Part shown: positions 18,803-26,605 of the stretch, piece after piece
Layout of the letters: every line of letters starts with the position of its first letter
Numbering within the stretch: the first letter of the stretch is position 1
NCBI RefSeq assembly: GCF_947166415.1
Contig: NZ_CAMVEE010000002.1
Coordinates: 28,279-60,278 of the forward strand
Direction: 5' to 3'
DNA: 32,000 bases
Source of the DNA: an uncultured Methanobrevibacter sp.
GTDB lineage: Archaea; Methanobacteriota; Methanobacteria; Methanobacteriales; Methanobacteriaceae
The notes under the pieces: generated by a model
Databases searched by the model: none
What the model saw: only the letters and a program-made list of their open reading frames with translations
What the model was told of the DNA's origin: nothing
Translations under genes and position numbers: made by a program

Positions 18803-19495
18803 TCACTCCTTTCTCGGATCTATTTTTTTAACTGCATCATCAAATCTTCCATATTGACCTGTAGCCTTTTCAATCGCTTCTAGAGGGTCAACACCATCTT
18901 TGATTGCATCCAACATCACACCTAGGTTAATGTATTTGTATCCGATTATCTCATTATCATCATCAAGCCCTATTTCAGTAATGTAACCTTCGGTCAATTC
19001 CAGATATCTTGGGCCTTTTTCTTTTGTAGAATAAATTGTTCCGACCTGGCTTCTGTGGCCTTTTCCCAAATCTTCAAGTCCGGCACCTATCTGAAGGCCG
19101 CCTTCTGAAAATGCTGATTGGGTTCTTCCGTAAACAATTTGTAAGAATAATTCACGCATTGCTGTATTGATTGCATCGCAGACCAAATCTGTATTCAAGG
19201 CTTCAAGGATTGTTTTTCCAACAAGTATCTCTCCAGCCATTGCAGCTGAATGTGTCATGCCTGAACATCCTAAAGTTTCAACCAATGCCTCTTCAATGAT
19301 TCCGTCCTTAACGTTTAATGTTAACTTGCAGCATCCTTGTTGCGGCGCACACCAACCGATACCATGAGTAAATCCTGAAATATCGGAGATTTCCTTTGAT
19401 TTAACCCATTTCCCCTCTTCAGGAATTGGAGCAGGACCGTGATTTGCCCCTTTGCGAACAGGACACATGTTCTCTACTTCAGTTGAATATATCAT
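18803..19495 (-). CDS. IscU/NifU N-terminal-like Fe-S scaffold-like protein, 230 aa
   Basis: CCKLTLNVKDGIIEEA resembles the IscU C-G-D...IKV.DG.I.DA segment, and LGCSGMTHSAAMAGE resembles the IscU GC..A.ASS segment. Additional Cys residues lie at MCPVRKG and GWCAPQQ. A C-terminal extension of about 100 aa is not found in IscU. Confidence 0.65.
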   Translation of the reverse strand: MIYSTEVENMCPVRKGANHGPAPIPEEGKWVKSKEISDISGFTHGIGWCAPQQGCCKLTLNVKDGIIEEALVETLGCSGMTHSAAMAGEILVGKTILEALNTDLVCDAINTAMRELFLQIVYGRTQSAFSEGGLQIGAGLEDLGKGHRSQVGTIYSTKEKGPRYLELTEGYITEIGLDDDNEIIGYKYINLGVMLDAIKDGVDPLEAIEKATGQYGRFDDAVKKIDPRKE

Positions 19496-19569
19496 CTTTT
19501 ACATCCTCAAAAATTTTTAAAGTTTAACCATGTAAATATTTAGAATTAATATTAATTAAAATTATTTAT

Positions 19570-19602
19570 AGTTAAAAAATTAGAAAAAAGGAATTAATTC
19601 CT
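19570..19602 (-). terminator. Palindrome plus oligo-T terminator of the polytopic membrane protein gene
   Basis: The 14-bp palindrome AGGAATTAATTCCT (19589-19602) spans the stop codon. On the minus strand it is followed by TTTTTTCTAATTTTTT. Confidence 0.4.
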
Positions 19603-21066
19603 ATTAAATTCAATGATTTTTTCATTATTCAACTTTTTCTTTGCGATTATGCCTATTAACATTATTATTAGGAAATAAGCCACCAATAGGTTTGGATACA
19701 GATATCTGTTATCCTGAATAGGTGTTGAAAAGAAAATAATTGCTATATTGATTAAGTTCGGCAAGTAAATCATGAATATCTCCTTGGATCTTGTTATAAG
19801 ATATATAGCCCCTACAAGAATGAATGACAGGTACATATAGAATGCGGGACTATTGAACAGGGAATCCAATATGAGATTATGCTTAAACATCTCAATATAA
19901 TTATTGAGCGAATCGAATTGGCTTGTTCCTATGTTTTTCGAGGATACATTTTCAAAGTCAGTCATGTTGAAAGTTGGATGGTTTGAGAAGTATCTGTTTT
20001 TGTCAAGCTCCAAATTAACATAATACTGTTCTCCAACCCATGAATCATCTCTTGTAACATCCCATACAATCGGAGAAGCGCCGAAAAGATATTTTATGAA
20101 ATGATCAGGATTCTGAATGGAATACTTGATTGCCATGTCCCTATAGGTTGACTTGTCATGATCAAAAACCGACTTATTCGACATGAAGTAGATATGGTCT
20201 GAAAAAGTAATCTGATAATTGTCCTTGATTGTTCTTTCATTCATTAATTTATGAAGAGCTGTGCTGTCCTGCGGGGTTAATGTAAGATTCAAGTCATAAT
20301 CCGCCAGCATATGTGATGCCTTAGCATAAATTGGAGCCTTTTGATTGTTTGTAACATCAAAAGCAACATTCAATGAAGCAATCAATAATATAAATACTAC
20401 AGTCAATGAAACGATAATGACTATTGTTTTTAGGTTATACTTCTTCCTGAAGAAATATGCTGTCAGAATAATTAATGAAATTACAATAATATGAAAACCA
20501 TTCGGCCTTAATCCGACTATGAATGCCATTACCAAAGGCATAATTATTAGAAATTCCGTCCTTACCTCTCCTTTTTTATCCAATAATACTGCGATTAAAA
20601 AAGTAAACAGCAGGAAATAATAACCGAAGAGGATATCCTTCAGGAGAGTTATTGAAAATACGGCATTGATTGGAATCAGGCAAATGATTAAAGTAAACAA
20701 TACCTGCACAATGAATAACCTTGAAATTCCATTGGCATTTTCGCCTTCATAACGAAAATGGTTACAAATCATCATCCAAATCACTGAAAAGGTCAAAATC
20801 TGGAATATGCAAACAGATACTGGACTTGGATAAATCTTTAGAAGAACCATTTCAATGAATGTATGGAAAAAGGGATGCCAATTAGTGAAATGATGGCTTG
20901 CTATTTGATGAAATTGATTAAATGAGTCATATCTCAAGATACCTGGGTCAAATACCCATAAATAGTATGAGAATATAATTACAGGGATTAAAAAGATTAT
21001 CAAATCCTTGTAATTCAATTTCGAGTAGTAGTGTTTTAAACTCACTTTATTCAAATTCAATTCCAT
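19594..21066 (-). CDS. Polytopic membrane protein, possible GT-C-type glycosyltransferase (weak call)
   Basis: The track start at 21090 is TTG, and the first ATG is at 21066 (MELNLNK...). About 10-12 hydrophobic helices flank a ~170-aa hydrophilic loop. The N-terminal loop motif DSFNQFHQIASHHFTNWHPFFHTF resembles the first periplasmic loop of lipid-linked-sugar transferases. The gene is very AT-rich. Confidence 0.4.
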   Translation of the reverse strand: MELNLNKVSLKHYYSKLNYKDLIIFLIPVIIFSYYLWVFDPGILRYDSFNQFHQIASHHFTNWHPFFHTFIEMVLLKIYPSPVSVCIFQILTFSVIWMMICNHFRYEGENANGISRLFIVQVLFTLIICLIPINAVFSITLLKDILFGYYFLLFTFLIAVLLDKKGEVRTEFLIIMPLVMAFIVGLRPNGFHIIVISLIILTAYFFRKKYNLKTIVIIVSLTVVFILLIASLNVAFDVTNNQKAPIYAKASHMLADYDLNLTLTPQDSTALHKLMNERTIKDNYQITFSDHIYFMSNKSVFDHDKSTYRDMAIKYSIQNPDHFIKYLFGASPIVWDVTRDDSWVGEQYYVNLELDKNRYFSNHPTFNMTDFENVSSKNIGTSQFDSLNNYIEMFKHNLILDSLFNSPAFYMYLSFILVGAIYLITRSKEIFMIYLPNLINIAIIFFSTPIQDNRYLYPNLLVAYFLIIMLIGIIAKKKLNNEKIIEFNRN

Positions 21067-21166
21067 GAAAACACTTTGGCATCTATTCAATATAATCCTA
21101 TCTAATTTGAAAAAAATTTATGACATATGAAAAAAAATAATAATTTCAAAATAATTATATTTAACC

Positions 21167-22078
21167 ATGAAGGTTAAGGATGGAATTATCGGTTTAGTAG
21201 TCGGCGATGCATTAGGCGTTCCTGTTGAATTCCAATCAAGATACAGCTTAAAAATGAATCCCGTTGAGGGCATGATTGGGCATGGAACACACAATCAGCC
21301 TGAAGGAAGCTGGTCTGACGATACATCAATGACATTGGCCACAATGGCAAGCATTGTAAATAAAAATGCTATTGACTATGAAGACATCATGAAAGAGTTC
21401 TGCAATTGGTTTTTGAATGACAAATATTGTCAAAAAGAACAATTTGACATAGGCATTGCAACCCAGGCAGCATTGATTAAATATCAAAATGGCGCTCCTG
21501 CATTGGAATGCGGAGGTACTGGAGATCGAGACAATGGAAACGGTTCCCTTATGAGGATTTTGCCGTTGGCCTACATTCCGGATATAGATTATGAAACAAT
21601 TGAAAACATCTCCGCAGTGACACATGCACACAAAAGGTCAAGAATAGCTTGCGTGTTATATGTTGAAATTGCCAAATCCATGCTTGAAAATGAAGGTTTT
21701 TCTATTGCGGAGCATATTGAAATCGCAAATGAGAAAATTCAGGGTTACTACAAGGATGAACCGGAATTGAAACATTTCAAAAGAATATTTGAAGATGATT
21801 TGGATAATGAGGACGAAATCAGCAGCAAAGGATACGTAATATACACTTTCGAAAGCGTCATATACTGTCTAAAGAACACCTCCAACTATAAGGATGCGGT
21901 TTTAAAAGCTGTCAATTTAGGTGAGGATACCGATACCGTTGCCGCCATCTGTGGAGGGCTTGCGGGAATTTATTATGGATTTGATGATATCCCTATAGAT
22001 TGGATTGATGCGATTCCTCAAATTGATAAGGTGCTTTCATTATGTGAAAAATACGAGGCATTTTGTAATGAATATTAA
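21167..22078 (+). CDS. ADP-ribosylglycohydrolase family protein (ARH/DraG-like)
   Basis: 303 aa. Contains GVVGDALGVPVEF, WSDDTSMTLA, NGSLMRILPLA and GEDTDTVAAICGGLAGIYYG, which are the binuclear metal-site motifs of the ARH fold. Confidence 0.9.
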   Translation: MKVKDGIIGLVVGDALGVPVEFQSRYSLKMNPVEGMIGHGTHNQPEGSWSDDTSMTLATMASIVNKNAIDYEDIMKEFCNWFLNDKYCQKEQFDIGIATQAALIKYQNGAPALECGGTGDRDNGNGSLMRILPLAYIPDIDYETIENISAVTHAHKRSRIACVLYVEIAKSMLENEGFSIAEHIEIANEKIQGYYKDEPELKHFKRIFEDDLDNEDEISSKGYVIYTFESVIYCLKNTSNYKDAVLKAVNLGEDTDTVAAICGGLAGIYYGFDDIPIDWIDAIPQIDKVLSLCEKYEAFCNEY

Positions 22079-22550
22079 AGAAACTATTAAAAATATTAGG
22101 GCTTCCTGCGATAATTATGTAGACCCTGAGCTGGTAGCCACAGTCATCCATGAAAATTACTACATGGGTTCGAACAACATTGATGAGTTCGAAAGCTATG
22201 ACGTCAAAAGCGAAGACAGCTATGAAGAAAAAATCCTAAAAATTCTAGAACATGAACATGTCTTTCTAGCCATCGGAATGTATGCATTCATACCTGTAAT
22301 AAACGAATGTGACATCTATTCCAAAAAGGACTACAATATCAAATTGATACAGGAAGAATTCGACAGATATGCAAATGAAAAAGAAAGGATCTTTGGAATT
22401 TTAATTAAAAAGGATTCCGATGAATTCATTATAGGAAGCACTGATTTATGCAGATGCAACATTGATGCAGCCTTCAAGCCTATTGAAAAAAGCGATTTTG
22501 ACTTTTATAAAAAATTAGAAGAGATTATAGATGAATTCATCATCTATTAA
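22068..22550 (+). CDS. Hypothetical acidic 160-aa protein, translationally coupled to the ARH gene
   Basis: The track start at 22005 is a TTG deep inside the ARH gene. ATG 22068 has a GAGG box 9 nt upstream and overlaps the ARH 3' end by 11 nt. The protein is rich in D/E and I recognise no motif. Confidence 0.55.
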   Translation: MNIKETIKNIRASCDNYVDPELVATVIHENYYMGSNNIDEFESYDVKSEDSYEEKILKILEHEHVFLAIGMYAFIPVINECDIYSKKDYNIKLIQEEFDRYANEKERIFGILIKKDSDEFIIGSTDLCRCNIDAAFKPIEKSDFDFYKKLEEIIDEFIIY

Positions 22551-23964
22551 TCATTTTTTTCTTTATTTCTTCCCACATTGCCTGCTCTTCACCACAGCCA
22601 GTCATGATAACATAATCATAGTCAGAATCATGTGCCAATTCTGTTAATTTCTCAATTCTGACACCCATCTCATCATAGCTTAACGGGTAAAACTCGGCAT
22701 CAGGATACTCTTTTTTAATTATTTCATAATACTCTTTGGCCTTTTCAATGGATTTTCTTCCAGGAACGACAATTACATGTGCAGGATTCATGCTTTTTAC
22801 AACTTCAAAATGGTCATTGAAGATTTCCTCTTCATCCACATCAGGTGTTGTGTAAATGAATTCCAAAGGACCGTCAACGAACTGGTTCATGAACATAGCA
22901 TTGATTTTGATGGCATCACCGTTGTCTCCCTGTCCGAGACCGACATATTTGCCTCCGATGTCAACCACTTCGAATCTTCCAGGAGGAATGAATGACATGT
23001 CCAGGTTATTGAAAATCTCTTTTACTGTCGCTTCAATGTTTTCTACCTTCGGTGTGAAAGTCGCATAAGCAGTAATGGAAGCAAGAGTATTGTAGATATT
23101 GTGGAATCCGAACGGAGGTACACTAAGCACCACATTAAATTTGACATTCTGGGATGTTGTGTAATTGAACACGTCTCCTTCAATTGTTAATTTCCATGAA
23201 TCTGTATTGAATTCTGCGTTTACCAATTTCACATCCGGTTCGGGTCGCTTGAATCCGCATTGGCATGTGTAGACGCCCCTGTGATTCAGGAAATGCTTTG
23301 AATAGCTTAAAGGTTGGCCGCATTTAGGGCATTCAATATTTTCCCCTCCAATGTCCTCAACGTTATCCACTTCAATACCATAATAGTTAATGTTTACGTC
23401 GCTGGCTTTGTTAAGTCCTATTAAAGCTGTCCTTGGGTCATCTGCATTGGTAACGATAGCTCCCCTTTGCATGCCCTCTGACAGTAATTTTTTGGCTTTG
23501 TAGTAATCTTCAAATGGGTTTTTAATTCCCGCAACCTGAGTGTGCTCTTGTGAAATGGTTGTATAGACTACTCCAATAGGATCAATCAATTTCTGAACTG
23601 TGTCTGGAATTCCGTAAGTCAAGTTTCTGATACCGTATTCAAATATTCCCATATCCCCTTTTTGAGTCAGAAGGGCTGTTGCAATTGAATTTAGAATATT
23701 ATTCTCATAGCTTTTTCTTATTTGAATATCATTTGACATTAACTTGATTAAAAGGGTTGTAGTTGTTGTTTTACCGTTGGTTCCTGTAATCAACACGGAA
23801 CCAATCTTCAAATCAGAAGCCAATTTGGAAATGGACTCCTGACCCCCGATTTTGGTAAATATATGTCCAGGATAGGTTCCACCGCTACCCGGTCCTCTTT
23901 TAGCCAGTACACTTACTACTTTTCCAGAAATTTTTGCCATATTATACTTAACAATTCCAACCAT
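22540..23964 (-). CDS. Mur ligase family protein, MurT-like (Zn-ribbon insert), probable pseudomurein peptide-stem enzyme
   Basis: 474 aa. The P-loop is ITGTNGKTTTT, and NADDP is present. The ribbon CPKCGQPLSYSKHFLNHRGVYTCQCGFKRPEP (23257-23331) aligns with my recollection of S. aureus MurT (YCPNCGRLLQYDYIHYNQIGHYHCQCGFKRE). The C-terminal ~145 aa do not look like the MurT DUF1727 domain. The start could alternatively be the ATG at 23940 (MAKISGK...). Confidence 0.8.
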   Translation of the reverse strand: MVGIVKYNMAKISGKVVSVLAKRGPGSGGTYPGHIFTKIGGQESISKLASDLKIGSVLITGTNGKTTTTTLLIKLMSNDIQIRKSYENNILNSIATALLTQKGDMGIFEYGIRNLTYGIPDTVQKLIDPIGVVYTTISQEHTQVAGIKNPFEDYYKAKKLLSEGMQRGAIVTNADDPRTALIGLNKASDVNINYYGIEVDNVEDIGGENIECPKCGQPLSYSKHFLNHRGVYTCQCGFKRPEPDVKLVNAEFNTDSWKLTIEGDVFNYTTSQNVKFNVVLSVPPFGFHNIYNTLASITAYATFTPKVENIEATVKEIFNNLDMSFIPPGRFEVVDIGGKYVGLGQGDNGDAIKINAMFMNQFVDGPLEFIYTTPDVDEEEIFNDHFEVVKSMNPAHVIVVPGRKSIEKAKEYYEIIKKEYPDAEFYPLSYDEMGVRIEKLTELAHDSDYDYVIMTGCGEEQAMWEEIKKKMINR

Positions 23965-24059
23965 GATAAGTATATTATAAATAAATAGTATATATAGTTA
24001 TATCAAAAAATAAGCTAAATAAATTAAAAAAAAGAAAAAATAAATAGAAATAATCCACT

Positions 24060-26033
24060 TTAGTTAGTAGTTGGATTATTCATGTTTGTTTGCGGTACTT
24101 TTTCAACTACTTTTGAACCGATGTTTTTCATCTTCTTGATTAAAGAGTCTTTTTTGGAACCGCTGATTAAGATATTTTCAAGAACATCACTTAATGTCTC
24201 GGTCGGAATGATTTCAATCATGTCTTCGTATTTTTTCTCAATCATGACATCTTTAAGGTTGGATTTAGGAATCAATACCTTTTTCATTCCAGCTTCGGCA
24301 GCAGCCTCGATTTTGGCTGTTGCTCCTCCGATAGGCATTACGTCTCCACGAACATTGAGTGATCCTGTTAATGCCACGGTTTGGTCAATAGGGATTTCCT
24401 CCACAGCGGAAATGACTGCTGTTGCAATACTTACACTAGCGGAGTCACCTTCCACACCATCGTAAGTTTGGATAAACTGAACGTGAATGTCATAGTCGGA
24501 AATGTCCTTATTTGTGTATTTTTTAATCAATGCACTTACATTTTGAACTGATTCCTGTGCAATTTCACCCAATTTACCTGTAGCGATGATTTGACCACCG
24601 TTTTTGGATTGTGTCGGTGCAGCTTCAGCAGCGATTGGTGAAACGATTCCGCTTCTGTCTCCAATTACCGCAAGTCCATTTACAAGACCTACCCTTCCAC
24701 CTTCAGCTGAAACCATACTGTAATCTTTTCTTTGTAAGATTGACCTGTCAGCTATTTGCTGTTCGAGGGTTCTTGCGAATTTCTTAGCTTCAACTACATG
24801 AGCTGCAGTAACAAGGTTGTCTCCTTTTTCAATAGCTACATCTCCAGCGGACCTTACTAATCCACCTAAATCCCTGAGCCTTAAAGTCAATGCATTCTGC
24901 TTACCTGATCTTCTTTTGGCTTCCATGATGATCTCATCTAAAGCGTCAGGTGCAAAGTGAGGGATTCTTCCATCGTTTTTAACTTCCTGAGCTACGAATT
25001 GGACTAATTTTTCCCTGTTTTCTGTAGTGTCATCCATATAATCTTTCATGAATACTTCATAACCGTATCCTCTGATTCTTGACCTCATTGCTATGTGCAT
25101 TCCTTCAAGAACCTGCAGGTTACCTGATGCGACAAGAACAAAATCACATGGCACAGCTTGGGACCTTACCATTGCCCCACTTGAATTTTCGCTTTGACCA
25201 GTGATTGCGTACTGTTTTTCCTGCATTGCGGATAAAAGCTCCTGTTGAGTTTTCATGGACATTGTACCTATTTCGTCAATGTATAAAACTCCTCTGTTAG
25301 CCTTATGAATCATACCTGCTTCCACACGTTCATGTGCTGGAGTTCCTAATCCTCCGGATTGGTATGGGTCATGACGTACATCACCTAACAAAGCTCCTGC
25401 ATGAGCACCGGTTGCATCCATAAATGGTGCAAATCTGGATTCCTCATTGTTTACCAACAATTTAGGAGACATTGTATTGTTTTTAGGCTTGATTTGAATT
25501 GAAATAAGTAAAATTAATGCCGCTGCAATAATGGATTCCAACAATCTTCCATACATGAATCCTATTACCAATATTCCACCAATAGCAAACATTGTAATTA
25601 TTGTCTTACGCTCTTCCTGTCCTTTAGCAGATCCCCTGGTTGCCTTTACGATTTTTTTACCTTCACCTGCAGGAACTGTCCTTACCAATGGATGATTATT
25701 GTCCTCCATATTAGGATACACCAAAACATCCTGCAATACTTCATGAGGTAAAATTTGAGCCATTCCTTTGGCCAGCATTGATTTTCCAACACCAGGATCT
25801 CCAATGAGCAAAACGTTCCTTCTTTGTTTTGCCGCTTTTTTAATTGTTTCAATGGACTCTTCATGTCCAATGACCTGATCAATTAATAAAGGTGGAACTT
25901 CAATATCTTGTGAGCTTTTAATATTATTGTAATCTAACATAGGTTTAGTTTCTTCGCTAGAAGTTACTTCTTCCGCTTCAACTATTTCTTCATTTAAAGA
26001 ATCTTCCATAGACTCTTTTTCTTCAAATTTCAT
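24060..26033 (-). CDS. lonB: Archaeal membrane-bound ATP-dependent Lon protease (LonB)
   Basis: The track start at 26066 is TTG. ATG 26033 lies 7 nt after a GTGAGGT SD. The Walker A is [12 protein letters not shown]. Two TM helices are inserted in the AAA+ module ([15 protein letters not shown]...[14 protein letters not shown]). The C-terminal Lon protease domain contains DGDSASV and a Ser-Lys dyad context. Oligo-T runs lie downstream. Confidence 0.93.
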   Translation of the reverse strand: MKFEEKESMEDSLNEEIVEAEEVTSSEETKPMLDYNNIKSSQDIEVPPLLIDQVIGHEESIETIKKAAKQRRNVLLIGDPGVGKSMLAKGMAQILPHEVLQDVLVYPNMEDNNHPLVRTVPAGEGKKIVKATRGSAKGQEERKTIITMFAIGGILVIGFMYGRLLESIIAAALILLISIQIKPKNNTMSPKLLVNNEESRFAPFMDATGAHAGALLGDVRHDPYQSGGLGTPAHERVEAGMIHKANRGVLYIDEIGTMSMKTQQELLSAMQEKQYAITGQSENSSGAMVRSQAVPCDFVLVASGNLQVLEGMHIAMRSRIRGYGYEVFMKDYMDDTTENREKLVQFVAQEVKNDGRIPHFAPDALDEIIMEAKRRSGKQNALTLRLRDLGGLVRSAGDVAIEKGDNLVTAAHVVEAKKFARTLEQQIADRSILQRKDYSMVSAEGGRVGLVNGLAVIGDRSGIVSPIAAEAAPTQSKNGGQIIATGKLGEIAQESVQNVSALIKKYTNKDISDYDIHVQFIQTYDGVEGDSASVSIATAVISAVEEIPIDQTVALTGSLNVRGDVMPIGGATAKIEAAAEAGMKKVLIPKSNLKDVMIEKKYEDMIEIIPTETLSDVLENILISGSKKDSLIKKMKNIGSKVVEKVPQTNMNNPTTN

Positions 26034-26576
26034 TAAAATAACCTCACTAATTAATAAATCTATCAATAGAAAATTAAGTTCGACATACTATATAAATATT
26101 ATATTATAAGCAAAGTATATAAAAAGTTTTCTATTTTAGTTAATAAAAGTTAGAAAAATAATTGCCCCATTTAAACTGCGATATGAAGAGTAAGCTGGAA
26201 ATCGAAGATAATATTATTTCATATTAATATAATTTAAAACCTATAAAAATATTTATTTTAGAATAAATCAAGTTTAACTAAATAAAATTAAAATATTAAG
26301 AAAAAATAATATTTAAAAATTAAATTTATATACAATAAGTAAATATATTAAATAATACAAGGTTAATTTTCAATAATTAATTTTTGTTAATCGAGTTTGT
26401 TTGATGATAAATGAGAATTTTTAGGTCTATTCACAAAAGAAATTTTTTTACAATCAGACGTATATAAACCCCCTGATAAATCAAAATTAACTTGTGAAAC
26501 TGAAAAAAACCATGGACTCATCATTCAAATTAGATTATTTGTCATTTAAACTTACTTTTTTTTAAATTAAAAATTA

Positions 26577-26584
26577 TTTATAAT
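26577..26584 (+). promoter_or_regulatory. TATA-box-like element for cobQ (probable leaderless transcript)
   Basis: TTTATAAT is centred about 26 nt upstream of the cobQ ATG, and there is no SD sequence in between (atatattctaccATG). Confidence 0.3.
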
Positions 26585-26605
26585 ATTAGATAAATATATT
26601 CTACC

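Noticed and set aside
22005-22067. N-terminal extensions given by the ORF track (TTG/GTG starts at 22005, 28080, 26066, 21090, 9846, 2344 and 31069)
   Set aside because: Each extension overlaps the upstream gene or an SD box, and a downstream ATG gives a better start. For most of them (22068, 26033, 9837, 2341) the ATG has a properly spaced SD. ATG 28188 is supported only by a family-typical CstA N-terminus. ATG 21066 and 31057 are simply the first ATGs after the TTG.
24082-24465. 127-aa ORF antisense to lonB. Similar antisense ORFs lie at 29671-30012, 14286-14633, 14024-14359, 7738-8028, 7991-8314, 15430-15972 and 10429-11212.
   Set aside because: All are embedded opposite strongly supported genes, have odd composition and carry no translation signals. 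I treat them as frame shadows in AT-rich DNA.
26401-26476. Possible C/D-box sRNA (TTGATGA at 26401-26407 and CTGA at 26473-26476)
   Set aside because: The box spacing is too long, no internal C'/D' boxes are present at the expected positions, the first base of the C box is non-canonical, and there is no terminal stem.
26100-26605. Cobalamin riboswitch upstream of cobQ
   Set aside because: I found no B12-box-like conserved core or GC-rich paired elements. The region is almost pure A/T, and cobQ appears to have a leaderless promoter about 26 nt upstream of the ATG.
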